The notes under the pieces were generated by a model. That model did no database searches and was not told the DNA's origin. It saw only the letters and a list, made by a program, of their open reading frames with translations. Of a stretch of 64,000 nt of DNA, positions 41,349 through 50,994 are shown in pieces (positions within the stretch are counted from its first letter, which is position 1; each line of letters opens with the position of its first letter). This DNA is from a virus. Taxonomy: Duplodnaviria > Heunggongvirae > Uroviricota > Caudoviricetes. Where the stretch lies: IMG/VR virus record IMGVR_UViG_3300033153_011579; one strand, given 5' to 3'. The translations under genes and the position numbers were made by a program.

Positions 41349-41951
41349 ATGAACCCAGAGGTGCATCGTGGGGTCACGAGCATCAAGCAACGACTCGACC
41401 TGATAGCACAAAGGATCGATGTCAGCGTTCGTAGACCCCAGAAATCCTTAGACGGACGGCAGTTCATGCTCAAGGATTTCACTCACTTCATCGTTCGCGG
41501 TACCCCACAACACGGCCCAGCATCAGAAGAAGAGCCCATCAACGCGGTGTTCAGCTACGTGAAAAACAACATCGAGTACCGCCAGGATCCGACGGGCTAC
41601 GACTACTACATGGGTGCCGGGCGCATCATCAACTCCAAGGCCGGCGACTGCGACGACCTCACCATCATCATCTGCGCGATGCTCGACAGCATCGGCTACC
41701 GCACTGGAGCTCGGGTGATCTCTCCCGACGGGCACCAGTGGCACATCTACTCGCTCGCCGGGGTCGACCCTGCGTTCAACGGGGAGCCCTCGAGAGTCGT
41801 ACCGCTCGACGCTGCCTACGGTGACGAGCCCGGCTGGGAGCCGTCGAACAGATTTCGAAAGTACGAGCAGCAATGCACCTTCTTTAAGGGCAAGGTCGTT
41901 GGCTACAAGGTCGTCCGGGACGGCGGGTCCTGGTTCAATTTTTTCAGGTAG
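41349..41951 (+). CDS. Transglutaminase-like cysteine-protease-fold protein
   Basis: GDCDDLTIIICAMLDSIGYRTGARVI (G.C.D…G.pAR core) followed by His (GHQWHIY) and Asp. Confidence 0.5.
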   Translation: MNPEVHRGVTSIKQRLDLIAQRIDVSVRRPQKSLDGRQFMLKDFTHFIVRGTPQHGPASEEEPINAVFSYVKNNIEYRQDPTGYDYYMGAGRIINSKAGDCDDLTIIICAMLDSIGYRTGARVISPDGHQWHIYSLAGVDPAFNGEPSRVVPLDAAYGDEPGWEPSNRFRKYEQQCTFFKGKVVGYKVVRDGGSWFNFFR

Positions 41952-41961
41952 GAGGGTACCA

Positions 41962-42927
41962 ATGGCCGTCAGGAATCCCAGTCTCGCCGCGCAGAACATG
42001 CCGCCCGAGTTTCGTTTCAAACCGACCAAAATCTATTACGACAAGCCGCCACGGAACACCGTCTACGAGGACGCCCTGGGGTCCGGTGGGAAAGCCCCGA
42101 TCGACCCGCGCCTCCAGCGGCTGCTCGACCCGATCACCTGGAAGTCCGACCGCTCGCCGGTCGCCAACATGCAGCAGAGCGCGCACGGCGTGATCTCGAA
42201 ACTCATCCACGAACACAAGCACTCGCAGACCCCCCGCACCATCATCCGCAAGAACGTCCCGAAGATAACGATCAACACGAGGCACGAAGAGCAGCCCGGA
42301 GCTCGCCAGCCGCTCATGCGCGGCAACCGCACCCCGCAGCAGGTGGCGCGCGGTGTGAAGACCACGCACAGGCCCGTCAGGCCGGGTCCGGACATCAACA
42401 AGATCAACGCCATCCTCGACCCACGGCGTGGCTTCAAGCCCGGGTCGGCCGAGGCGTACCGCAACCTCCTGATGCAGGCCACCCCGGAGTCGGTCGAGCA
42501 GATCGCCGCGAAGGCGGAGCGCGCTGCAGAAAAGCGCGAGGAGCCCACGACGTCCATCGGCAGTCACCAGTTCACCGACGCGGAGCTCCAGGCGGCCCCC
42601 CCCGGTCTGATCAAGGTGATGGTCGACCGCGAACTTCAACGACGCACCAAGAAGAACAAGCCGCGCGTGATGTTCGACCCGAGAGAATCTCGCGGTCTGT
42701 CGACACACGGGCAGTACACCACCATCCCGCGACCTGGTCTCGTCGAGTTCGAGCCCGGGAAGTTCATGCGGCCCGAGCAGCTCGGCATGACGGCAAACGA
42801 AGCGGTGGTCGCGATGGATTCCAACGGTCAGCCGAAGCCGAAGGTCGGCGGCGGGTCGATCCTCCTCGGCCTCGGTGCCGCGGCTCTCGCGATCCTCGGC
42901 CTCTCGATGGTAGTGGGTGGGAGATAG
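41962..42927 (+). CDS. Virion-region protein with a C-terminal TM (321 aa)
   Basis: SD GGTAGGAGGGTACCA-ATG; C-terminus ILLGLGAAALAILGLSMVVGG. Confidence 0.55.
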   Translation: MAVRNPSLAAQNMPPEFRFKPTKIYYDKPPRNTVYEDALGSGGKAPIDPRLQRLLDPITWKSDRSPVANMQQSAHGVISKLIHEHKHSQTPRTIIRKNVPKITINTRHEEQPGARQPLMRGNRTPQQVARGVKTTHRPVRPGPDINKINAILDPRRGFKPGSAEAYRNLLMQATPESVEQIAAKAERAAEKREEPTTSIGSHQFTDAELQAAPPGLIKVMVDRELQRRTKKNKPRVMFDPRESRGLSTHGQYTTIPRPGLVEFEPGKFMRPEQLGMTANEAVVAMDSNGQPKPKVGGGSILLGLGAAALAILGLSMVVGGR

Positions 42928-42928
42928 C

Positions 42929-43279
42929 GTGGGCGACGTCATCACACTGGACGGCCTCGACTCCACGACACTCTCCGGCACGAAGTGCGGGAAGCTCGTG
43001 TCGATCAACGCTCCGATGCTCGGGCAGAGCGTCCAGGTGTGCGAAACTGACGTCAGCCGCATGGCAGGCCTCGCGGGCGTCAAGCGCCGTCCTGGCCGCC
43101 CCAAGAACACCACCGTCAAGAACGGAGCGCGCAAGCCCCGGTTCAAGGGCTGCGGCTCTACCAAGGTAGTGAAGACCAAAAAAGGGAAGAAGATCTGTAA
43201 GTGTGCAGATCGTGGAAACGGGCAGATCCTGCCCCATAAATCCTGTGGGTTGGGAAAGCCCACGAAAAGGAGTCGATGA
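42929..43279 (+). CDS. Basic Cys-containing protein (GTG start)
   Basis: ORF; KR-rich. Confidence 0.4.
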   Translation: MGDVITLDGLDSTTLSGTKCGKLVSINAPMLGQSVQVCETDVSRMAGLAGVKRRPGRPKNTTVKNGARKPRFKGCGSTKVVKTKKGKKICKCADRGNGQILPHKSCGLGKPTKRSR

Positions 43280-43398
43280 TGGCCAGACGGAAGAAGAAGA
43301 AGGGTATCCGCACTGCTTCGGGTCGCTGCCGGTTCGGCAAGGTCAAGAAGGGCCGCCGGAAGGGCGCTTGCCTCAAGTCCAAGCGCGCCCGCAAGTAG
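43276..43398 (+). CDS. Poly-basic peptide (40 aa), not in ORF track
   Basis: SD AAGGAG 4 nt upstream; MMARRKKKKGIRTASGRCRFGKVKKGRRKGACLKSKRARK*. Confidence 0.5.
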   Translation: MMARRKKKKGIRTASGRCRFGKVKKGRRKGACLKSKRARK

Positions 43399-43471
43399 CC
43401 TTCGCCTGCTCTTTTAGCGGGCGGAACACACCGCAGCAGGCGAGTGATCCGCCCTGCGGAAGGAGGAGAAC

Positions 43472-43582
43472 ATGAAGAAGGGTACGTGCAAGCAGAACAA
43501 GAACAAACGCGGAGCCAAATGGGTCTGCCGGTCGAAGAAAACCGGCAGGGTCAAATTCTCCAAAACAAAGCTCTACAAGTGA
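43472..43582 (+). CDS. Poly-basic peptide (36 aa), not in ORF track
   Basis: SD GGAAGGAGGAGAAC-ATG; MKKGTCKQNKNKRGAKWVCRSKKTGRVKFSKTKLYK*. Confidence 0.5.
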   Translation: MKKGTCKQNKNKRGAKWVCRSKKTGRVKFSKTKLYK

Positions 43583-43590
43583 GCTCAACG

Positions 43591-44154
43591 ATGACGGGGT
43601 TTCCCGTCGAGGAGGACCAGAAGATGCGAAAGCGCAGCGATGACGCGGTCTCCGGCAGGGGACCACAGGACGACCAGTTCGTGGAAAAAAACGACGACAC
43701 CGACGTTGGTGCCTACACCATCGAGCCTCTGGCGGGAGTAATGGGCCTCGGGGCCAAAGACTTCCTTCCGCCCGCGGCCGGTGGCCTCGGCTACTTCGTC
43801 GCAACGTGGCTGGTGAACCGCTTCGGCGGGAACATCTCCGGCTACCTGACCCGGTTCGCTCCTCTCGTGGGCGGAGTGCTCGGGGCCTTGCTCAACGGCG
43901 TGGCCTTGCCCTTCGTCGCCAAGGGAAACGGGAAGAAGATGGTGGCGCAAGCCGCCGCCACTTCGCTGACCATGGGGATCATGTCCCAGATCCTCCGCGA
44001 GACCTCTGGCCTCGGAGCAGTCGTCATCGACCGGATCGCAGGAGCCGGTCCGATGGGTGCGCTCCCCGGCCCGACAGTCCACGGCGCAGGGACGATGCCC
44101 AGGCAGATCCGACAGACACTCGACAAGAGCGTCTATGGAAACTCGTGGGGCTAG
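43591..44154 (+). CDS. Gly/Ala-rich putative virion protein (187 aa)
   Basis: ORF, hydrophobic Gly-rich core. Confidence 0.5.
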   Translation: MTGFPVEEDQKMRKRSDDAVSGRGPQDDQFVEKNDDTDVGAYTIEPLAGVMGLGAKDFLPPAAGGLGYFVATWLVNRFGGNISGYLTRFAPLVGGVLGALLNGVALPFVAKGNGKKMVAQAAATSLTMGIMSQILRETSGLGAVVIDRIAGAGPMGALPGPTVHGAGTMPRQIRQTLDKSVYGNSWG

Positions 44155-44218
44155 GCCCCGCAAAACCCGTTAGGTCGATCGCTGAAAAGCACGCCTGACA
44201 CAGAGGAGAAAACAAGCC

Positions 44219-44929
44219 ATGGCCGTCAACACAATCGAATTGCCTTCGGGCGAGATCTTCACCATCGCCGATTGGGGCGATTTCCCGCTGTACTCGCGCG
44301 CCCAGATCGCTCCCGGCAACGCGCAGGACGTGATTGTTTTCAATTACGTCGAAGCCCAGCCGATCCCGGGCGGCGGTGTCGCCGCGGCGCTGTCAACGCT
44401 GATTGACAGCAATCTCGAGCAGGACTCCGCACTGCCCATCGACGAGCAGATGATCGTCTTCTCCGTCCAGATCCGTTTCGACGAAGCGGACTCGGATGCA
44501 GCCGGCCTGGTGACGCAGGCGGACAGCGGTGCAGAGGGCATGATCAAGTGGCTCAACATCACGCACAACACGTATTTCGAGCTGACGGTGACGAGCCAGA
44601 AGCCTCGGGTACAGGGCGTGATCACCGAGTTCCCGATCGGTGGTGGGTTGTACTGGCAGCAGTCCCGTGACACCGGCGCGACCGTGGCCGGCTACACGCC
44701 GACGCCGATGCCGTACGACAACAACGTGGCCTACGAGGTCATCAACGGGTTCCCGACCGCCGAAGCGGCTCGCCGCCTCGCGCTGCCGGTCCACATCCCG
44801 ACGATGCAGACCTTCAAGGGCCGCTTCCGGTGGCCGCGTGGTGCGCTGCCCGCCGGCGGTATCAGCCCGGTGACGGACTTCGGTCTGACCGTGTTCCTCT
44901 ACGGACCGCGTCAGCGCCAGGTCGACTAG
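44219..44929 (+). CDS. Putative virion structural protein (236 aa)
   Basis: SD GAGGAGAAAACAAGCC-ATG; beta-rich composition. Confidence 0.55.
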   Translation: MAVNTIELPSGEIFTIADWGDFPLYSRAQIAPGNAQDVIVFNYVEAQPIPGGGVAAALSTLIDSNLEQDSALPIDEQMIVFSVQIRFDEADSDAAGLVTQADSGAEGMIKWLNITHNTYFELTVTSQKPRVQGVITEFPIGGGLYWQQSRDTGATVAGYTPTPMPYDNNVAYEVINGFPTAEAARRLALPVHIPTMQTFKGRFRWPRGALPAGGISPVTDFGLTVFLYGPRQRQVD

Positions 44930-45008
44930 CCGAGCGATCCTACCTATTCACCACTCCCCGAGCCGACCGGCTCGGGGAGTTCCGAGGTGGTAGGATCAGG
45001 AGGCTGGT

Positions 45009-45911
45009 ATGACGGAAAAATTCTTCTCCCCGCGCTGGTTGCACCAGTCCGTAGAGATCGGTGCCACCAGCCACCGGCCAGTTCCCTCGGCGTTCTTCGC
45101 GAACAACGAGGTTTGGAATTGGCATCTGGTGTATCTCGCGATCGTCGGCACTGCCGCGCTCGACGAGGCGGGGAACTACTCGCACGCGCTGGGCGGCGTG
45201 GCCAGGCGCTTGCGCCTGAATATCGGCATGTCGCAGATGGGCGACATCAACGTCGTGCCGTCCAACGGTCACGCGATGTTCGGTCCTAACGAGTCGTACC
45301 TCGTGCACTCGAACGACTTGAACATCGGCGCGGCCCTGCGGTTCGACCCGAAGTATCCTTACCAGCTTCCTCCCGACACGGGCATCGCCGCGCGCGTCAG
45401 GAACGACAACCTGACCTACAACATCGACAACCTCGGCTGTTTGTTCATGGGGTTCGACGAGCCGGCAGGGTTCGGCGAAGGCCCGCGCAACCCGGTCCAC
45501 ATCGGAGCTCGCGCGATCGAGGAGCTGCAGCCCGGCGGCGACTTCACGTTCGACGACGCCGATTTGTTCAACGACGGAGAGCACCCGGCGACCTTGACCG
45601 ACATGGTTTTACAAGGGTTCGCTCTCAATGAGCAGAATGTTTCGAACAACACATGGGACCAGGTCTCCTGGCTCCTGAACCCGAGCACCGGGCCCGAGTG
45701 GATGCCGAACGACCAGCCGATCCCGGTCGGCTGCCTCTGCCCGTTCAACCGCGGCATCCTCGACGCTAACGACGTCGGACCTCGAGCGTACGTCTTCCCG
45801 GAAGAGACGATCATGAAGCCGCGCCAGCGGATCTCGATCGAAGCGTTCAACTACTCGGCGTCGGAGCAGATCTTCGAAGTCTGCCTGTTCGGATATTTGG
45901 AGGTGGCATGA
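45009..45911 (+). CDS. Putative virion structural protein (300 aa)
   Basis: ORF, SD AGGAGG. Confidence 0.6.
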   Translation: MTEKFFSPRWLHQSVEIGATSHRPVPSAFFANNEVWNWHLVYLAIVGTAALDEAGNYSHALGGVARRLRLNIGMSQMGDINVVPSNGHAMFGPNESYLVHSNDLNIGAALRFDPKYPYQLPPDTGIAARVRNDNLTYNIDNLGCLFMGFDEPAGFGEGPRNPVHIGARAIEELQPGGDFTFDDADLFNDGEHPATLTDMVLQGFALNEQNVSNNTWDQVSWLLNPSTGPEWMPNDQPIPVGCLCPFNRGILDANDVGPRAYVFPEETIMKPRQRISIEAFNYSASEQIFEVCLFGYLEVA

Positions 45912-46738
45912 TGAAGAACTACCTCCCGTTCGCAGTGCGCGAAATCCGGACGTCCGCAGGGGTCAACTGGGCCGGCGGCATCCCGCCGACGCAGAGCGCG
46001 GTCCAGGTCGTCTCGCTCGACGTGGGTTTTGGCGAGAAGGTGATCTTGCAAGACCTGAACGTCTACGCCTACACCGGCGGCGAGGCCGAGCCGTCGACCC
46101 AGCTGCTGATGCGCGTCGGCTACCTCGGCAAGGGATACCTCACCGAGCGCCGGCTGCCCGCCGGACTGTTCATCAACAAGTCCCGCCCGGCGGTACCGGT
46201 CTGGGAGTTCATCAGGCCGTACATCCTCTACCCGAACCAGCAGCTGCGAGCTCGGGTGGCGACGGCCCGGAACGTCTTCGGGAGCCAGGGCCTGATGTTC
46301 AGCGGCGTGAGGCTCAAGGACAACCGTCCTTGCATGCTGTACGACACGACGGAGAACGTGATCGCCGCCGGCGGTGGCGCGGGGTTCGTCGATACCAGCT
46401 TGCGCTGCCCGGGAGACTCCCCGGTCGCGTTGCACTCGGTGTCGATCGCCGACTGGGACTTCACGAAGACCGCCAACACCTCGGTGGTGCAGATCTGGAG
46501 CCCGCACGGTAGGGAGTGGTTCCAGGTGTCGCCGTTCGCCGGGCCGCCCCCGGCAGCCGACCAGAAGTGGATCGACCCCCCCGTCGACATGCTGTCGCTC
46601 GAGGAGTTCCGCGGCTGGAGCATCGGATCAGGCCAGACGTTCCTGGTCGAGTTCGAAAACACCGGACCCGACAACTTCAACGTCATGGTGACCTTACGGG
46701 GCTCCGTGGAGGTCGATGAGGAGGACCGTCATGGTTGA
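45908..46738 (+). CDS. Putative virion structural protein (276 aa)
   Basis: ORF with ATGA overlap. Confidence 0.6.
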   Translation: MMKNYLPFAVREIRTSAGVNWAGGIPPTQSAVQVVSLDVGFGEKVILQDLNVYAYTGGEAEPSTQLLMRVGYLGKGYLTERRLPAGLFINKSRPAVPVWEFIRPYILYPNQQLRARVATARNVFGSQGLMFSGVRLKDNRPCMLYDTTENVIAAGGGAGFVDTSLRCPGDSPVALHSVSIADWDFTKTANTSVVQIWSPHGREWFQVSPFAGPPPAADQKWIDPPVDMLSLEEFRGWSIGSGQTFLVEFENTGPDNFNVMVTLRGSVEVDEEDRHG

Positions 46739-47660
46739 TCTCGCACAGAGTGAGATGTACAAGACCATCCCCCTCGGCGACGACGTCGCGCGGGAGTTCC
46801 CCTGGTGGCGCGAGGGTCAGACCACCTTCGCGACCGGCGTCGCGTACCGCGAGCAGCGGTTTGTGTTCGGGCCGAACAGCGCGCCCTTGCGCTCCGACCG
46901 CGAGATCCCGATCGACATCACCGAGATCCGGATGATCCTCGATACGACCACCGAGCGCGAGCAGGCGGGAGAGCAGAACACGACGGTTCAGATTTTTCAC
47001 TCGAAGTACGACATCATCAACAGATGGCAGCCGGTGCTGAGCGTCAACACCCTGTGTAACCGGGGGTTCGGTGGCGATACCGCGTCCGCCATGTTCAAGC
47101 TGCCCGCTCCGTACTTCCTGCAGCGCGGCCAGGCGTTCAAGATGGAGCTCGTCCCGCTGACGGCGACCATGGCGAACAGGACGATCGACGTCTGCCTACG
47201 AGGCTGGGACCCGTTCAACAAGTTCCCATGCGTCATGTCCAAGCAGATCGCCCTGGGCGCGGCCAACGCCAAGGTCGACCTCGTGTTCGACGAGAACCGT
47301 GACGCCGCCATGCGCAGCATGTGGATCCGGGACATCACGTTCGGGTTCAGCGAGGTGAACGCCGCGGCAGCGCCGAGGTCGATCACCGACCATATCCGCG
47401 TGCGGTTCCATCCGGGGATGGGCCCGAAGTGGACCGACGATATGACGATTGGCACGAGGTTGTCAGGCCTCGTGCACGACGACAGCTACGTCTCGGCGGT
47501 CGGAGCATATCGGCCGACCACGAGGTTCGTTCCCAAAGCTCCAATCGTCCTGCGGCCCCGAGAGGTGTTGACGATCAAGGTGAGGAACGAGGTGGCCATC
47601 GCCTCCGGGCCTCACACCTGGTACTGCTGGGTGATCGGTACGCAGAAGGGAAGGTACTAG
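46731..47660 (+). CDS. Putative virion structural protein (309 aa)
   Basis: SD GGAGGACCGTC-ATG. Confidence 0.6.
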   Translation: MVDLAQSEMYKTIPLGDDVAREFPWWREGQTTFATGVAYREQRFVFGPNSAPLRSDREIPIDITEIRMILDTTTEREQAGEQNTTVQIFHSKYDIINRWQPVLSVNTLCNRGFGGDTASAMFKLPAPYFLQRGQAFKMELVPLTATMANRTIDVCLRGWDPFNKFPCVMSKQIALGAANAKVDLVFDENRDAAMRSMWIRDITFGFSEVNAAAAPRSITDHIRVRFHPGMGPKWTDDMTIGTRLSGLVHDDSYVSAVGAYRPTTRFVPKAPIVLRPREVLTIKVRNEVAIASGPHTWYCWVIGTQKGRY

Positions 47661-47945
47661 ATGCTGAAGGGCATTCCGCTGCGCGCCATCGCCACCGTCA
47701 TCGCCGGGCCGTTCCCCTCCGCGACCACAGTCGAGGTGGTGTCGACCACGATGTACGACGACCACCGGGAGGGGTCGATGTGCTGGGTCAGCGACGAGGG
47801 GGCAGCCAACTGCCGTGTTGGGCACGGCTTCCCGCTCGAGCCGGGCACCAAGGTCGAGGTCGAGCTCGCCTCCGGCCAGGAGTTGTACGCGATCACGCAG
47901 TCGATCGCTCGGCTCGGAGTTTCGGTAAAGGGAACGCGATGGTGA
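47661..47945 (+). CDS. Hypothetical protein (94 aa)
   Basis: ORF. Confidence 0.5.
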   Translation: MLKGIPLRAIATVIAGPFPSATTVEVVSTTMYDDHREGSMCWVSDEGAANCRVGHGFPLEPGTKVEVELASGQELYAITQSIARLGVSVKGTRW

Positions 47946-48112
47946 GAAAAAAGAAACTGTCGGCCGCGCAGAAGATGAAGCTCGCCATGCTCAACAAGGT
48001 GTTCGACATGGCGGACGCGTTCGTCAAGGGCGCGGGAGCTCCGCGCAAGAAGGCCACTAGTGGCCACCTCGCCGGCGGCGTGGCCCCAGCCCCGTGCGGG
48101 AAGTGCGACTGA
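47939..48112 (+). CDS. Small basic protein (57 aa), not in ORF track
   Basis: MVRKKKLSAAQKMKLAMLNKVFDMADAFVKG…; contains the GGCCACTAGTGGCC palindrome. Confidence 0.45.
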   Translation: MVRKKKLSAAQKMKLAMLNKVFDMADAFVKGAGAPRKKATSGHLAGGVAPAPCGKCD

Positions 48113-49047
48113 TGGAAGAAACGCCACAATTCCTCGACTGGAACAAGCCGATCCCGGTGGGGGTCTGGCGCGTGGCGATGTTCGTGTTCAACGACCGGGT
48201 GATGCAGGGCTATGGCGACGAGTATGTCGCCAACTACATCACGTACTGGGGGGCGAGGGTCGGTCTCGACGTCTCGAAAAACCATATCGTCAAGGGCGCG
48301 TACAAGGTTCAACTCGGCGCGGACCCAGCAACCCCGTGGTTCGTGTACGTGAGGAACACCGTGAAGGGCCTCACGTCGGTGGAAGTCTTCAAGACGACGA
48401 AGATGCTGGTGTGGTTCTTCGAGCAAGCCACCGAGGGCTGGATGGCCAACTACCTCGAGACGGCCCAGGGGCATCTCGGTGCGGGCATCAGGCAAGCCAA
48501 CCCACCGCAGTGGGCGACCTCCGATTCGTTTCTGCTCGCCGAGCGCTGGTACGGCGTGGCCACCATCTGGAAAGACGTCGCGCCCAACCCGAACTTGATA
48601 GAGGACAAGCTCCAAAAAATGGGGCTCGACATCTGGAGCGGTCCGGGGGGCGTCGTCTACAAGGACGACAATCCACGGGTCATGATCCTGTCGCTCTACA
48701 CGGGCGATAAGCCCCGGCGGGTGGGGGACATCCAAAAGGCGATTGGTGCCAAGGCTCTCGTCGTCGACCTCAACCATTTTGAAAAGAACTACACGAAGGA
48801 CAAGTCGGACAAGATCTACGAGGCGTCCGGGGCGATGCTCGAGACGATTGGCGATATGGCGGTTGGGATCTCCGAAGGTCTCGAGAACGCCACCGACCTC
48901 GTACCCACGGTGTTCGACATCCTCGGCTGGATCGCGAAGTGGGGACCGTTCATCGCGGTCGGCGCGGTCGCGCTCTACTTCGGCCCTCGGGTGCTGACGG
49001 CAGCCAAGAAGAGCCGAGGCGAGTGGAAGAAGGCGAGGGCGGCATGA
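48112..49047 (+). CDS. Virion-region protein with a C-terminal TM (311 aa)
   Basis: TGATG overlap; C-terminus GWIAKWGPFIAVGAVALYFG plus basic tail. Confidence 0.55.
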   Translation: MEETPQFLDWNKPIPVGVWRVAMFVFNDRVMQGYGDEYVANYITYWGARVGLDVSKNHIVKGAYKVQLGADPATPWFVYVRNTVKGLTSVEVFKTTKMLVWFFEQATEGWMANYLETAQGHLGAGIRQANPPQWATSDSFLLAERWYGVATIWKDVAPNPNLIEDKLQKMGLDIWSGPGGVVYKDDNPRVMILSLYTGDKPRRVGDIQKAIGAKALVVDLNHFEKNYTKDKSDKIYEASGAMLETIGDMAVGISEGLENATDLVPTVFDILGWIAKWGPFIAVGAVALYFGPRVLTAAKKSRGEWKKARAA

Positions 49048-49364
49048 CGAGCAAGCAAAAGATCATCGCGGGAGTCGCCGCGGGAGCCGCCGCCGCCCTG
49101 ATCACCGGTCTCGTCATCTGGCGCTCCCGGAAGAGGCTCGCGCTCGCCGCTCTTAAATACGAAGTCGATCCTTTATATAAGGCCCCCGCCGGCCTCAAGA
49201 CGCTGAAGCTCAGGAGCGTGCCGAAAGCCGCGGTGGTGGCCGTTAGAAAAATACACGGCAAGTTCAAGCTGCACCAGGCGTTCAGGGACACCGACGCCAT
49301 GTACTTGGTAGAAATCCACGAGGGGTTCGACCCGCTCGTGTTTCGAGTGAGGAGAAAGACATGA
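49044..49364 (+). CDS. N-terminally anchored small membrane protein (106 aa)
   Basis: IIAGVAAGAAAALITGLVIW TM; ATGA overlap. Confidence 0.5.
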   Translation: MTSKQKIIAGVAAGAAAALITGLVIWRSRKRLALAALKYEVDPLYKAPAGLKTLKLRSVPKAAVVAVRKIHGKFKLHQAFRDTDAMYLVEIHEGFDPLVFRVRRKT

Positions 49365-50419
49365 GAGGCAATCCCTACGATTGGATCAACCAGACTCGCG
49401 AGCACAAGGTGTTCGGAACTCGGCACTACCCGCTGATCGCCGGGCTCGCTGGGAAGTCCAACGGCTACCCGGCGTTCGCCATGCAGGTCCAGAGCCTGCC
49501 TGGTCTGCAGCGCAACCAGTACATCCGCGAGTGGCGGCAGTGGTTCGGGCGGCACGGCAAGAGCTGGGAGAAGATGGGCTGCCTCAAGGAAAACCGTCTC
49601 GGCCAGTACACCGACCGCTACAGGTGGACCGAGTGGAAGCCGGGCCTCGGTGCCTTCGGGTCGTTCGATACGAGCGTCGGGATGGGCTGGACCGCGATGG
49701 GGAACCCCGGCGCGAACTTCATCCCCAAGACGAACGTCATCCCGATCCCGGGGTACCCCGGCTGGGTACGCCAGATCGGCATGCTGAAGTACGACAAGGT
49801 CGGCGACGCGTGGCCCTGGTGTCTCGTGTACGCCAAGACCGACGGCTCGCAGTACGTCTGGTACTACAAGTACTCGGCGTCTCAGCCTCCGTTCCCCGGA
49901 GTCCCGCAGCCGACCGGCGGTGGCGACGACATCGGCACCGCGATCCCGAGCTCGACGAAGGCCGCGGTCACCGCGCTCCAGAAGGCGCTCAACCTCGCCG
50001 ACGCCAGGGACTCGCACAACAGGAAGCTGAACGAGGACGGCAACATCGGGCCCGACACGTGCTACGCGGCGTACCAGTTCAAGTCGGAGATGGGGCTCGG
50101 TACCGGAGCTGGGCTGCCCGCGGAGTTCTGGCTCTACCTCGGCCTGCCCGAGTCGTACGTCAAGTACAAGAACATCTGCTCGGCCTACTCGAGTGGAACG
50201 GAACCGAAAAAAACGACCAAACAACCGGGGCCGCTACCGGAGGAAGAGACTCCCGACCCGACGGTCAAGGCGGGCGACGCACCGCTCTCGATCTCGAAGG
50301 CGGGCCTCGGTGGCAAGAAGATGCTCCTGCTCGGCGGGGCCCTCCTGTTCGGGGGGCTCGTCGTGCTCGGTCGTAAGAAGAAGAAGCGCGGAAAACGCTC
50401 CAAGAAGAGGAGAAAATAA
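49361..50419 (+). CDS. Putative cell-wall hydrolase with a peptidoglycan-binding domain and C-terminal TM plus poly-basic tail
   Basis: PG_binding_1-like TAIPSSTKAAVTALQKALNLADARDSHNRKLNEDGNIGPDTCYAAYQFKSEMGL; C-terminus LLLGGALLFGGLVVLGRKKKKRGKRSKKRRK. Confidence 0.5.
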   Translation: MRGNPYDWINQTREHKVFGTRHYPLIAGLAGKSNGYPAFAMQVQSLPGLQRNQYIREWRQWFGRHGKSWEKMGCLKENRLGQYTDRYRWTEWKPGLGAFGSFDTSVGMGWTAMGNPGANFIPKTNVIPIPGYPGWVRQIGMLKYDKVGDAWPWCLVYAKTDGSQYVWYYKYSASQPPFPGVPQPTGGGDDIGTAIPSSTKAAVTALQKALNLADARDSHNRKLNEDGNIGPDTCYAAYQFKSEMGLGTGAGLPAEFWLYLGLPESYVKYKNICSAYSSGTEPKKTTKQPGPLPEEETPDPTVKAGDAPLSISKAGLGGKKMLLLGGALLFGGLVVLGRKKKKRGKRSKKRRK

Positions 50420-50988
50420 TGCCGTCCAAGAAGAGCAAGAAGAAGCGCGGGAAGAAAAAAGGGAGTCCGCTCCCACTCGTGATCGCCGCGGCGGCCATCG
50501 GTCTCGCCCTCTTCTTCGTGAGCAAGAAGGGGTCCGCCGGAGTGCCCAAGGACATCCCCAAGGGGAAGGGTCCCGGGAAGGCACCTCCCGCAGGAGCGCC
50601 GGCCAGCGCGCGCCCAGCTCCCGAGCTCACCGCGGCTCCGGACCCCGTGCCGACGGGAGAAGCGATCGACGACGCGCCGGCACCGACCAGTTCCGGCGAC
50701 ACCGGGCCGAGCGACCCGCTGAAGGCGGCCGGCTGGAAATGGGGCTTCATGGGATCTGTCGACCCCGACGAGGCATGGTCCGTCGGCGAGGTCATCAGCC
50801 CTTCACAGCTGCCGTTTGGTGCGGACAACCTGATCCAGGTGAGCCCGCTCGACACGGTCGAGGTGGCCTACTACCTCGCGTCGCAGGAGATGCTGACGCC
50901 TGGCTACTACGTGGTCGGGCAGATCAACTCGGAGGGCTTCTCCTTCGAGCCGCCCTTCTGGGGCATCATCCACGTCTGGCAGGAGTAG
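50419..50988 (+). CDS. Membrane-anchored Pro/Ala-rich protein (189 aa)
   Basis: N-terminal KKKRGKKKG plus TM. Confidence 0.5.
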   Translation: MPSKKSKKKRGKKKGSPLPLVIAAAAIGLALFFVSKKGSAGVPKDIPKGKGPGKAPPAGAPASARPAPELTAAPDPVPTGEAIDDAPAPTSSGDTGPSDPLKAAGWKWGFMGSVDPDEAWSVGEVISPSQLPFGADNLIQVSPLDTVEVAYYLASQEMLTPGYYVVGQINSEGFSFEPPFWGIIHVWQE

Positions 50989-50994
50989 GGAAAG

